The notes under the pieces were generated by a model that was not told the DNA's origin, made no database searches, and saw nothing but the letters and a program-made list of their open reading frames with translations. The position numbers and the translations under genes are program-made. From an uncultured delta proteobacterium (GTDB taxonomy: Bacteria; Myxococcota_A; Polyangia; Polyangiales; Polyangiaceae): 64,000 nucleotides of DNA. The stretch spans positions 3,648,001-3,712,000 of the forward strand of contig CAWDXG010000004.1 of NCBI GenBank assembly GCA_963806225.1. The letters are read 5' to 3'. This document shows positions 9,312 through 18,847 of the stretch, in pieces (the stretch's first letter is position 1; the number at the start of each line of letters is the position of its first letter).

Positions 9312-11336
9312 ATGCGGCTCATGGGCATTCACAAGGGCTGGGCGGTGTTGTTCGCGACAGCGGGGCTGTGCGCCGCACTACCGGCGCGCGCGCAGAGCGT
9401 CGCGATCGACTCATCCCAGGCGGGGCGCGAGCAGACGATCGACGGCTTCGGCACCTGCCTGTCCGGCACCGAGGGGCAGCAGGCGTGGTTCCAGCAGCTG
9501 TATTTCGACGACATGCAGTGCTCGATGCTGCGCATGGACATCGTGCCGCACTTCAAGGCGCCGTACTCCGACCTGCACTACAACTCGCCCTGGTTCGGCC
9601 AGGCCGCGCCGATGGACCTGCCGGGGCCCGACGGCAACAATGTGCGCACGTACACCAGCGCGTCGGACTACACGAATAGCTTCGGCGGGCAGAAGGCGCA
9701 GATCGCCGTGATGGGTCCGGACATCGACAAGAACGTCCAGTACTTCAACTACGACGACGACGGCCCCAGGACGGCCGGCCTCCTGGCACAGATAGGAAAG
9801 AGCAAGCAAGCCCAGCTTGGCGACTTCAAGCTCTTCGCGTCCATGTGGTCGCCGGCACCCTGGCTCAAGCTCTCGAGCGGCAGCACCATCAGCGGCCAGA
9901 GCGATCCGCTGCCGAAGAACGGCACGGCCTGGCCGTTCATCTGGGGCGGCAACTTCTCCGGCGGCGTGCTCGACACGTCCGGCACGCCGCGGGCCGAGTT
10001 CGACGACTCGTCGCTCGGCGGCACGGGCCCCACCAGCGCGCTCACGCAGTTCGCGCGCGGGCTCGCTGCCTACCTGCGGGGCTTCCAGCAGAAGTACGGC
10101 GTGAAGCTGTACGCCATCAGCATCCAGAACGAGCTCAACTTCGAGACCTTCTACAACTCGTGCAGCTACCCGCACTCGGATGCGTATATCAAGGCGCTCA
10201 AGGCCGCGCGCGCCGAGTTGGACAAGTACCCGGACCTGAAGTCCATCCGCATCATGGGACCGGAAGATCTGCTCGGCGGGGACGGCTACGGCATGTGGGA
10301 GTACGGCGGCGGCAACAACACCACGCACAAGAACCTGCAGTACCTGCAGAACATCGCCGCCGATCCGGACGCCGACAAGGCGCTCGATTTCTTCTGCATC
10401 CACGGCTACGCCGCCGACGGCGTCAATGCCGCCGGCGCGACGCCCCAGCAGTGGGACTGGTGGGTGAACGGCTGGAGCTCGAGCCCCGCCGCAGGCCTTC
10501 CGGCGAGCGTGAAGGGCTTTGCGAGCTACGGCAAGAAGAGCTGGATGACCGAAACGAGCGGCGAGCAGCCGGACTGGCTCTCGCCGGCGAGCGGCTTCCC
10601 GGGCAAGGGCGCGTGGAGCATCGCGCTCAAGATCGAGCAGGCGCTCACGGCCGGCCAGGAGAGCGCCTGGGCGTACTGGCAGATGAGCGACGGCAAGGCT
10701 ATCAGCGCCCAGACGCTCACCGACAGCACGCTGAAGGACACCAGCCCGAAGTACATCGCGGCCAAGCACTTCTTCCGCTTCATCCGCCCTGGCGCGGTGC
10801 GTGTCGACGCGACGGTTTCCGGCTCCACGTCGCTCGCCGCGAGCGCCTATGTCCACGACGCGAACGGAACGCTGGTCATCGAGCTGGTGAATGCGTCCGC
10901 GCAGACCGTGACGGCGAGCATCGACGTGCCGGCCTATCCGGCACAGCTGTCGAGCTTCGACGTGGTGACCTCCAGCGACGGCAAGCTGTGGCAGACCTCC
11001 ACGCTCAGCGCGACCGGCGGCAAGCTCTCGGTCGACGTACCCGGCTACGGCGTGGTCACGCTCGACGGGCAGGGCGTCGGCAACGGCGGCAGCAGCGGAG
11101 CCGGCGGGACGGCGGGCGCCGCGGGCAGCGGCGCCGGGGGTGGAGGCAATAGCGGCGCGACCGGCACCGGCGGCAACGGCGCGGGCGGACCGGGCGGCGC
11201 GAACAGCACGCCGGCGGGCTCCGACAACAGTAGCGGCTGCGGCTGCCGCACCGCCGGCTCGCACTCGAGCAACGCTCCGGCATTTGCGCTCCTGGCGCTC
11301 TTCGGATGCTGGCTCGTCCGCCGCGATCGCGACTAG
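9312..11336 (+). CDS. Glycoside hydrolase family 30 (clan GH-A) enzyme with MYXO-CTERM-type anchor
   Basis: Signal peptide, QTIDGFG, ASMWSPAPWLK, acid/base SIQNEL, nucleophile WMTET, RFIRPGAVRV. Followed by a Gly-rich linker and a SGCGCR...hydrophobic...RRDRD tail. Confidence 0.85.
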   Translation: MRLMGIHKGWAVLFATAGLCAALPARAQSVAIDSSQAGREQTIDGFGTCLSGTEGQQAWFQQLYFDDMQCSMLRMDIVPHFKAPYSDLHYNSPWFGQAAPMDLPGPDGNNVRTYTSASDYTNSFGGQKAQIAVMGPDIDKNVQYFNYDDDGPRTAGLLAQIGKSKQAQLGDFKLFASMWSPAPWLKLSSGSTISGQSDPLPKNGTAWPFIWGGNFSGGVLDTSGTPRAEFDDSSLGGTGPTSALTQFARGLAAYLRGFQQKYGVKLYAISIQNELNFETFYNSCSYPHSDAYIKALKAARAELDKYPDLKSIRIMGPEDLLGGDGYGMWEYGGGNNTTHKNLQYLQNIAADPDADKALDFFCIHGYAADGVNAAGATPQQWDWWVNGWSSSPAAGLPASVKGFASYGKKSWMTETSGEQPDWLSPASGFPGKGAWSIALKIEQALTAGQESAWAYWQMSDGKAISAQTLTDSTLKDTSPKYIAAKHFFRFIRPGAVRVDATVSGSTSLAASAYVHDANGTLVIELVNASAQTVTASIDVPAYPAQLSSFDVVTSSDGKLWQTSTLSATGGKLSVDVPGYGVVTLDGQGVGNGGSSGAGGTAGAAGSGAGGGGNSGATGTGGNGAGGPGGANSTPAGSDNSSGCGCRTAGSHSSNAPAFALLALFGCWLVRRDRD

Positions 11337-11370
11337 CCTTCCGGCGCCGCCACCCCCACCCCGAGTCGTC

Positions 11371-12504
11371 ATGATCCCCAGTCAGCGCCATCTGTTCGAT
11401 CTCCCCGACGACATCGCGTACCTGAACTGCGCGTACATGGCGCCGCTGATGCGTGCCGTCACCGAGGCGGGCTGCGAGGGGGTCGAGAAGAAGGCGCGAC
11501 CATGGAAGATCTCGCCCACGGACTTCTTCGACGAGTCGGAGCAGGCGCGCGCGCTGTTCGCGGAGATCGTCGGTGCTTCGGCCGACGACGTGGCGCTGAT
11601 ACCCGCAGTCAGCTACGGCGTCGCGCTCGCGGCGCGCAACGTGCGCGTCGAGCGGGGACAACGGATCGTGGTGCTGGCCGATCAGTTCCCGTCGCACGTG
11701 TACGCCTGGCGCGAGCTCGCACGCCAGCGCGGCGCCGAACTGGTCACGGTGGAGCGCCCCGCTTCCGGAAGCTTCACGGACGCCGTGCTCGCCGCCATCG
11801 ACGAGCGGACGGCCGTCGCCGCGCTGCCGCACTGCCGCTGGACCGACGGCGCGTTGCTCGACCTCGAGCGCATCGGCGCGCGCTCTCGGGACGCGGCCGC
11901 AGCGCTGGTGCTGGACGTGACGCAGTCGCTCGGCGCGCTGCCGCTCGACGTGAAGCGGGTGCGCCCCGATTTCCTCGTGTGTGCCGCCTACAAGTGGCTG
12001 CTCGGCCCGTACTCGCTCGGCTTCCTCTACGCCGCACCCGAGCGACAGAGCGGCGAGCCGCTCGAGCACGGCTGGATCGCGCGCGCCGGCTCGGAGGATT
12101 TCGCGGGGCTGGTCAACTACCAGGACGAGTTCCAGCCGGGAGCGCGGCGCTACGACGTGGGCGAGCGCTCCAATTTCGTGCTGATGCCGATGGCCGTCGC
12201 CGCGCTCCGGCAGATCCTCGACTGGGGCGTAGAAGCGCTCGCCGAGACGCTGGCCGCACGCACCGCCGCGATCGCACGCCGCGCCGCGGATCTCGGCCTC
12301 GGTTCGCTGCCGCCCTCCGAGCGCGCCGGGCACTACCTCGGCCTCCAGTTCCCGGCGGGCGTGCCGCGAGAGCTGCCGGAAGTGCTGGCGCGCGAGCACG
12401 TGTACGTGAGCGTGCGCGGCAACTCGGTGCGCGTGACGCCGCACGTCTACAACACCGACGCCGACGTAGAGCGGCTGTTCGATGCACTCACGCGGGCGCT
12501 CTAG
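11371..12504 (+). CDS. Aminotransferase class V PLP enzyme (cysteine desulfurase/lyase-like)
   Basis: YLNCAYMAP, LDVTQSLG, CAAYKWLLGP (PLP lysine), VRVTPHVYN. Confidence 0.9.
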   Translation: MIPSQRHLFDLPDDIAYLNCAYMAPLMRAVTEAGCEGVEKKARPWKISPTDFFDESEQARALFAEIVGASADDVALIPAVSYGVALAARNVRVERGQRIVVLADQFPSHVYAWRELARQRGAELVTVERPASGSFTDAVLAAIDERTAVAALPHCRWTDGALLDLERIGARSRDAAAALVLDVTQSLGALPLDVKRVRPDFLVCAAYKWLLGPYSLGFLYAAPERQSGEPLEHGWIARAGSEDFAGLVNYQDEFQPGARRYDVGERSNFVLMPMAVAALRQILDWGVEALAETLAARTAAIARRAADLGLGSLPPSERAGHYLGLQFPAGVPRELPEVLAREHVYVSVRGNSVRVTPHVYNTDADVERLFDALTRAL

Positions 12505-12506
12505 CG

Positions 12507-14472
12507 TCAGTGCCTGGGGCGCCCGGGCAGCCGCCCGAACGTGTGCATCGCGTCGGAAATCAGGCTGTTGCAGGTCGCCGTGAACGGGACGATCGGGTGC
12601 TTTTCGTGCGGGTCGTCCAGGTCGTCGTAGCAGTGCCAGCTCCGGTCCCAGGCGCGGGCCTCGATTCTTGATCGGCCCCTGCTCGTAGCCCCAGTTCTCG
12701 TACGCGCAGCTCCACACGCCGCCGCAGTTCGTCAGGGCCAGGGGCTGGTCGGTCACGGTCGGCCCGAGCAGGCTGTGGCCGTGCATCCGCTCCTTCTCGC
12801 GACCGATGGCCGGATCGTGCCACACGCCCAGAAGATCGAGGATGGTGGGCGCGATGTCCACGTGGAAGTTGTAGGTATCCTTCTTGGCGCGGAGGTTCTT
12901 GGCTTCCTCTTCGCTCAGCGTTCCGGGTGGCGCGTAGATCCACGCGGGCACGTGCGTTTCCTCTTCCAGCACGCTGAAGGTGTGTCCCGTCTGGCCGTGC
13001 TCGCGGAAGGCCTCGGCGTGGTCGCTGGTGTAGACGATGACGGTGCGCTTGCCTTCGGGCGTCGAGAGCAGATGCTTGATGATCGCCGCCACGTGCAGGT
13101 CCTGCTGCCAGACGGAGTTCTGGTAGTGATTCCAGAAGGCGACCTTGTCGTCTTTCGCCTTGCTTGTGGAATACGGCTTGAAGGGTCGGTCGTAGCGATC
13201 CGAGACGAAGTACGGGAAGTGCGCGTTCGAGAAGTGCACCACCGCCATCCACGGCTCCTTGAGCTCTCCGATCTCGTGATTAACGCGATTGGCGAGCAAC
13301 CACTCGGGCGCGCCCATGTCCATGTTCGAGTAGGGCCAGAGCTCGGTGGCGCTCACGAAGTGGCTCACGCCCAGGTTCTGCACGAACAGACGCGAGTTGC
13401 CGAACATGAGGTTCTGGCTGGTCCAGTACGCGGTGTCGTAGCCGGCCGCCTTCGCGTAGTCGAAGATGAGCGGCCAGGTGAGCATCACCTTGCGCGGCGC
13501 TTCCGGCCCGGTGCCCGACCAGAGCACCGACAGCGAGATCGCCGTGGTCGAGTCCATCGAGCGCATCTCGGTCAGCGGGAAGCGACTGGGCAGGAGCTTG
13601 TTCGTGCTCTCCGTGCGGCGACAATCCGGGTCGTAGCCGATACACGTCGCATCGGCGCGAACGCTTTCAAGCAGCACGAACAGCACGTTGCGCGGCCGCG
13701 CCGGATGGGGCGTGAGCCTCGGCAGCGGCAGCGAGTGGCGCTCGGCCGGCCGGAGCTGGTGCGACTCGTCCGTCCAGCCGAGCTGCGTCGCGAGCAGACC
13801 GCCGACCGCGTTCAGGTACAGCACGTCGGGCGTGCAGGCCTCGAGCTGGCGATGCTGCGTCGGGATGGCGAAAGACGCCACCGCGAGCAGCGGCGCCAGG
13901 ATCGCTGCGTAGCTCGCCGGACGGCGGCGCGAGCGGATCACGAAGCGGGCCGCCACGACCAGCGCGATCGCCAGCAGGAACGGGAACAGATTCGCCAGCA
14001 GATAGTTGCCGATGTCGGCGAAGAGCTGGTTGAAGACGCTGTCCATCAGGTTCGACGCGAACCGCGACACGTCGATGTTCAGGTACACGTTGTACTGGTC
14101 GAAGAAGTACGCCTGGCCGCCGAACGTGCACGTCACTCCGATGACGAACAGCACCGTCGCGACCCAGCGCATGACCCCGCGCCTGCGCGACGCCGCGTAG
14201 AGCAGCACGCCCCACACGACGAGGCTCTCGAGGACGGCAAGAGCGTAGATGCCGCGATACTTCCAGGTGAGCTGCTCGATCCGCTGACCACGGCGGACGA
14301 AGTCGATGATCACCGAGGCGAGCGCTGGCGCGCAGAGCAGAGCCCAGGCGGCGATGCGCCGCAGGCGCAGCACGCGGCGTACCCGCTCGACGCGCGTTGC
14401 GTCTTCCGCGACCACCTGCGTCGCGGCCTGTTCGGGCTCGGCGGGCCGCTCTCGCTGTTCGAGCGTCTGCAA
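12507..14472 (-). CDS. Membrane-anchored sulfatase-fold/LTA-synthase-like (alkaline phosphatase superfamily) protein; single-base frameshift near 12666
   Basis: N-terminal TM helices, NVLFVLLESVRAD, DSTTAIS (Thr nucleophile type), HFPY, TSDHAE. Removing one A at AAG-A-ATC restores IEARAWDRSWHCYDDLDDPHEK...RPRH*, with the stop at 12507, just past the convergent gene's stop at 12504. Confidence 0.8.
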
Positions 14473-14557
14473 GGCTACCGGGGGATGGTAGCTCGATTTC
14501 CGGGCTCCTCCACCCGCGAGGGCGCGGGCGTGCGGGCCGCGGGCCGAGCCGCCGCGC

Positions 14558-15568
14558 TCACACGCGGACCACGACCTTGCCGAGGTGTCGGCCGCTCTCC
14601 AGATACCGGTACGCTTCCGGGGCCTGCTCGAACGAGAAGACGCGATCGACCACCGGTCGCAGGCCGGTGCGCTGGATCGAGGCGTTCAGCGCTTCGAAAT
14701 GGCGGGCGCTGCCCACGTATACCGAGTCGACCCGGATGCCGCGATCGTTCTTTTCCGCTGTCTCGCGATCCGCGCGCTGGCCGCCGAGCAGCCCCACCAG
14801 CGTCAAGTGGCCGCCGTCGCGAAGCGCGCGAAGCGATGTTGCCAGCGTCGCTGCGCCGCCGACCTCGAGCAGATGATCCACGCCACGACCGCCGGTCAGC
14901 TCGCGGGCGCGCACGTCCCACTCGGGCGTCGTCTCGTAGTTGATGATGCCGTCGGCGCCCAACGCTTCGCCCCGGGCCAGCTTCTGGTCGTGGCTCGACG
15001 TGAGCAGCGCTCGCGCGCCGAAGCTCTTCGCAATCTGCAACGCGAAGATGCTGACGCCGCCGGTTCCCATGGCCAGCACGGTCTCGTTCTGCGCCAGCCC
15101 TCCGAGCTCCATCAGACCGACCCAGGCCGTCACCCCGGCGCAGGGCAGCGTCGCCGCCTCTTCGTAGGACAGCGCGGCGGGGAACTTCACCGCGCACCCT
15201 TGCTCGAACAGCACTTCCTCGGCGAGCACGCCGTCGATGGCGCCGCCGAGAGCCGAGGCGCCCTTGTCGGCGTCGAACGATCCGTCGACCCACTTCTGGA
15301 AGAAGTTGCCTGCAACGCGATCGCCCTTCTTCAAGCGGGTAACCCCCACACCGACGTCGACGACCTCGCCCGCGCCATCCGAGAGCGGCACCAGCGGCAG
15401 CGGCCGCATCCCGCGGCCGTAGCCCCCACGCGCGATCAACAGATCGCGATAGTTGAGGCTCGCGGCGCGGATGCGTACCCGCACCTGCCCCGGCCCCGGC
15501 TCCGGCGTCGGCCGGTCGACCATCGCCAACGAATCGAAACCCTGCCCCTGAAGCTCGTAGGCGCGCAT
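14558..15568 (-). CDS. Medium-chain dehydrogenase/reductase (zinc-binding ADH family, NAD(P)-dependent)
   Basis: AASLNYRD, LSDGAGEV, LPCAGVTAW, GTGGVS, GKVVV. Confidence 0.92.
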   Translation of the reverse strand: MRAYELQGQGFDSLAMVDRPTPEPGPGQVRVRIRAASLNYRDLLIARGGYGRGMRPLPLVPLSDGAGEVVDVGVGVTRLKKGDRVAGNFFQKWVDGSFDADKGASALGGAIDGVLAEEVLFEQGCAVKFPAALSYEEAATLPCAGVTAWVGLMELGGLAQNETVLAMGTGGVSIFALQIAKSFGARALLTSSHDQKLARGEALGADGIINYETTPEWDVRARELTGGRGVDHLLEVGGAATLATSLRALRDGGHLTLVGLLGGQRADRETAEKNDRGIRVDSVYVGSARHFEALNASIQRTGLRPVVDRVFSFEQAPEAYRYLESGRHLGKVVVRV

Positions 15569-15692
15569 CCAGAACCTCCAATCCGCTACGTGCGCGAACG
15601 ATCACGCGAACCCGGCACACATAAGTCGCTAGATCGCGCCTGGCGAGGTCCGATTGCGGCCGGAGCTCGATCGCGCCGGCGGAGCGGCGGAA

Positions 15693-17324
15693 TCACTGCA
15701 GGATCGCGCCGCTTGTCGTCCTGCGCCGGCGCTCGGCGACAAGCAGCAGCAGACCCGCGAGGAGCCAGAAGGGCGTGCTCCGTCCGGGCGCGTCCGTCCC
15801 GCGCACGCTGCAGCCGCCGGAGGAATCCCCTATCACGCGACTGCGCTCGCCCGAGCCGGTCGTGCCGCTGCCGCCCGCGCCGCCCCATGCTCCGCCATCG
15901 ACGGACCACGCTGCACCCGCTCCGCCCGCCACGCCGCCTGTGCCCGTCGTCCCGCCGGCGCCTCCCGCGGACGGCGGAGCCAGCGGGTCGTCGAGCACGT
16001 ACACGGCGGGGCCGCTGCCCATCACGAGGAAAGGTTCGGGACGGAAGTCGACCGCCTGCGGGTAGCTGTAGACCTGGGCCGCCGGCCACGTCTCGACGCT
16101 GCCCAGGCGCCACGCCTTGAGCGACGCCGGGTTGGTGACGTGCCGACGGACCATGCCGTCGATGACCCACACCTCGGGCGTCCCGTCGTCGGCCTGCACG
16201 ACCGTCGGCGTGGCCGGCCAGTCCGGGCCAACCGGATAGGAGCTGACGGTGCTGTCGGGATAATGCGCCACGTCGTAGGTGTACGAGAACTGCCAGGCGG
16301 AAAACACCGTCGGATCGGTCACGTGGCGGAGCACACCCTGTGCGGGCAGGAGCGGCGCGGCGGGCGGCGGGCAGTCCAGCGTTTTCGGACTGTTCGTCAG
16401 AAGCTTGTTCGGCCCGCCCGCGCTGTCGATGCCGTAGGCGTAGACGGGATGCGGATTCCCATCGAGCAGACCGCGCGGCGGGTCGAGCGAGAAGCCGTGG
16501 TTGCACGAGCCCAGCGGGCCACACAGATCCTGGCGCGAGACGTTCGCCGTCGTCTTGATGCCGGTGGCGCCCGAAGCCCCTGCCTTGCCGTCGAAGTAGA
16601 CGTGCACATTGATCGACTTCTTCGGCGTGTCGGGATCCTGCGACCAGCCGGTGACGGCCGTACACGCAGCGCTGTCCAGATACCCCTTCGGCGGGGAGTC
16701 CGGAAGCGTCGGCGTGTAGCCGGCCTTGCGGATAGGCTGGAAGATGCTCTTGAACGTTCCCGACCCACCCCACCAACTGCCCTGATCGCCCAGCGAGTGA
16801 TTGCTGATGTGCGCGGCCGTGCCGGTGTGGCTCTCCTCTATCGAGCAGAACTTGGTGTGCGCACTGTCCAGCCAGCCGCCGAACAGCATCACATGTCCGG
16901 TCCCTGCAGAGACGCTGCCGGCGAAGTTGAGCGCGTCGCCGATGGTCAGATCCGACCAGGTGATCGCCGTGGCTCGACCGTTGTCGTACGGCCCATTCGG
17001 GAACATCTTGGTGGTGTTACCGGGCGTTGGCAGACTCCAGACGTACGAGACGAAACCCGAGCAGTCCGCGCGGTAGCCGCTGGTGCCGGCCTCGGTGCAC
17101 TGGCAGTACATGATGCCGGCGTCGACCCAGGCATAGGCGCGGTCGAGCATGCCCTGGGCCGAGGCCGGCGCGGCGGAGCGGATCGCTGCCTTGGTGCAGG
17201 CGGACACCGGCGCGCTGTACGGCTCGCTGGTCGTACCGACGTCTTCCCAGTCAGGAGCACCGCCGCAGGCCGAGACCAGGAGTGCCGCGACCAACACCCA
17301 CAGTCCCGATCTGGAAAGCTCCAT
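15693..17324 (-). CDS. NlpC/P60 cysteine peptidoglycan hydrolase lipoprotein with Ig-like and repeat domains and MYXO-CTERM-type tail
   Basis: GGAGGAG RBS before ATG 17324; lipobox LVSAC; YRADCSGFVS (catalytic Cys) and GHVMLF (His). Then a PPKGYLD...GWSQDPD Ig-like module, repeated RHVT units, a Gly linker and GGCSVR...LLLVAERRRR. Confidence 0.85.
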   Translation of the reverse strand: MELSRSGLWVLVAALLVSACGGAPDWEDVGTTSEPYSAPVSACTKAAIRSAAPASAQGMLDRAYAWVDAGIMYCQCTEAGTSGYRADCSGFVSYVWSLPTPGNTTKMFPNGPYDNGRATAITWSDLTIGDALNFAGSVSAGTGHVMLFGGWLDSAHTKFCSIEESHTGTAAHISNHSLGDQGSWWGGSGTFKSIFQPIRKAGYTPTLPDSPPKGYLDSAACTAVTGWSQDPDTPKKSINVHVYFDGKAGASGATGIKTTANVSRQDLCGPLGSCNHGFSLDPPRGLLDGNPHPVYAYGIDSAGGPNKLLTNSPKTLDCPPPAAPLLPAQGVLRHVTDPTVFSAWQFSYTYDVAHYPDSTVSSYPVGPDWPATPTVVQADDGTPEVWVIDGMVRRHVTNPASLKAWRLGSVETWPAAQVYSYPQAVDFRPEPFLVMGSGPAVYVLDDPLAPPSAGGAGGTTGTGGVAGGAGAAWSVDGGAWGGAGGSGTTGSGERSRVIGDSSGGCSVRGTDAPGRSTPFWLLAGLLLLVAERRRRTTSGAILQ

Positions 17325-17400
17325 GACTCCTCCAACGTGAAGGGTCGCTCTCCTGTCGGGCGGCGTCAAACCTGCCCGGCGGCACGAAGCGCGGCCAGGT

Positions 17401-17416
17401 TGGCACGAGATGTGCT
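17401..17416 (+). promoter_or_regulatory. Sigma-54 (-24/-12) promoter
   Basis: TGGCACGAGATGTGCT versus consensus TGGCACG-N4-TTGCW (one mismatch), 26 nt upstream of ATG 17443. Confidence 0.65.
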
Positions 17417-17442
17417 CCGTGCACCTACAGGGGGGACCAGCA

Positions 17443-17604
17443 ATGGCAACGGTGACGTATCTCCCGTCTGCACTGGATGCGCAGATCAACAGTGCTGCGG
17501 ACCGGATCAAGAAGGAGCAAGCGCGCAACAGGGTGCGAGCAGCTCTGGTGCTGCTGGCCAGCGCCGCCGCTATGGTGTTCGTGGCGTACACCGCGCTGCA
17601 CTGA
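17443..17604 (+). CDS. 53-aa small protein with C-terminal transmembrane helix
   Basis: GGGGGA RBS; MATVTYLPSALDAQINSAADRIKKEQARNRVRAALVLLASAAAMVFVAYTALH; upstream sigma-54 site. Confidence 0.7.
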   Translation: MATVTYLPSALDAQINSAADRIKKEQARNRVRAALVLLASAAAMVFVAYTALH

Positions 17605-17669
17605 TTGCGCGAACCATGCTCCGACGCGGCGCGCCACGACGCGCGGGGCGCGCGTGATATCCTCGCCAC

Positions 17670-18797
17670 ATGCGTGGCTCCCTCCTGGTTCTGCTGGTCG
17701 CGTGCACCGCCGCGTGCAGCAGCGGCGGTTCGGCGACGGGTGCAGGCGGGGCGACGAGCGATGCCTCCGCGGGTAGCGGGGGCTCGGCAGCGGGCGGCGG
17801 CGCGGGCGGACACGCGGGAGGCGGAGGCAGCGCGGGTGGGACGAACGATGCTTCGGCGGGAAACGCCGGAAGCGGCGGCCTGACTGGAGACGCCGCTGCC
17901 GGCAACGGCGGAGCAGCCGGCGATGCGGGCGGGGTCGGCGGCAGCGACGCGGGCACCGGCGGCAGCGACGCGGGCACCGGAGGCGGAACGTACCGGAACT
18001 CGCTCTCGGTGTGCTGGACCGATCCGTACTGCCCGCGCGTGTTCGCGGTCGCGCACGGCGGCGCCTGGAACGTCTCGGGTCCGCCCTACGACTCCAATGC
18101 CGCTATCGCCGCCGCCTACGCGGTCGGTTGCGACGGCGTGAAGATCGACGTGCGCGTCACCAAGGACAACGTGCCGGTCATCTCCCACTCGAGCCCGCTC
18201 CAGTACTACGAATCCATCGACTGCGGCGGCAAGAAGATCGAGGAGATGACGGCGGCCCAGGTCACGCAGTGCCATCGCTTCCCATCGACGACCGAGAAGT
18301 TCCAGCGCCTCGACGACGTGCTGGACTACCTGCGCGGCAAGATGGTCGTAGAGCTCACGGTCAAGCTCAGCACCGACATCGCGCGGACCATCCAGGAAGT
18401 GCACGCAAAGAACGCCGAGGACTTCGCCTTTCTCGAGATCTCCACGTCGGACCTCCAGAACCTGATCCCGACCCTCCAGGGTGCGGACAGCGTGTACTAC
18501 CTGATGGACCTCGGTACCAACGTGACCGAGGTCGACACGCTGCTGAACACCATCAAGAATCCGCGCGCCTTCATGTACGAGTTCGACCCCAGCGTGGATG
18601 TCTCCTCGATGACGCCCACGCGCCTGCACCCCGCCGGAGTCCGCTCGTTCACGTACACCAACGCCGCCGCGCCCACCGAGCCCCAGCTGCAGGCGCTGTT
18701 CGAGAACGGCTACGACGTGGTGTCGTCGCAGGGCGCGCAGAACGGCGTAGCGGCGCGCATCGTCGTGAACAAGAGCCACGGCGTCTCGCCGCCGTGA
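17670..18797 (+). CDS. Glycerophosphodiester phosphodiesterase (GDPD)-fold lipoprotein with Gly-rich linker, atypical active site
   Basis: Lipobox (LVACTAAC), Gly/Ala/Ser linker, AVAHGG...GCDGVKIDVRVTKDNVPVISHS, which aligns to the GDPD AHRG...GAD-x-E-x-DV..TkDG..V..HD pattern. Confidence 0.8.
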   Translation: MRGSLLVLLVACTAACSSGGSATGAGGATSDASAGSGGSAAGGGAGGHAGGGGSAGGTNDASAGNAGSGGLTGDAAAGNGGAAGDAGGVGGSDAGTGGSDAGTGGGTYRNSLSVCWTDPYCPRVFAVAHGGAWNVSGPPYDSNAAIAAAYAVGCDGVKIDVRVTKDNVPVISHSSPLQYYESIDCGGKKIEEMTAAQVTQCHRFPSTTEKFQRLDDVLDYLRGKMVVELTVKLSTDIARTIQEVHAKNAEDFAFLEISTSDLQNLIPTLQGADSVYYLMDLGTNVTEVDTLLNTIKNPRAFMYEFDPSVDVSSMTPTRLHPAGVRSFTYTNAAAPTEPQLQALFENGYDVVSSQGAQNGVAARIVVNKSHGVSPP

Positions 18798-18847
18798 GCC
18801 GTGTCGGTCGCTATGCGCGGCGCCAGCGCCTGAAGGCGCACAACGGT

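Noticed and set aside
6455..9332. Long ORFs 6455..8803 (+) and 6492..9332 (-)
   Set aside because: Antisense or off-frame shadows of the prolyl oligopeptidase and oxidoreductase genes; Arg/Ala-rich with no motifs, as expected in high-GC DNA.
11056..12506. C-terminal ~480 aa of the 1138-aa ORF as a real fusion domain
   Set aside because: It is the antisense of the aminotransferase gene, reached only through the frameshift near 12666.
17937..17978. 21-bp tandem repeat (and a similar 18-bp tandem near 21824-21859)
   Set aside because: They encode Gly-rich linker repeats (GGSDAGT, GSGGTG) inside genes; there are no spacers, so they are not CRISPR or mobile repeats.
17325..18779. N-terminal extension of the 1028-aa ORF 15693..18779
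   Set aside because: Antisense to the GDPD-like gene; the real start is ATG 17324, with an RBS and lipoprotein signal.
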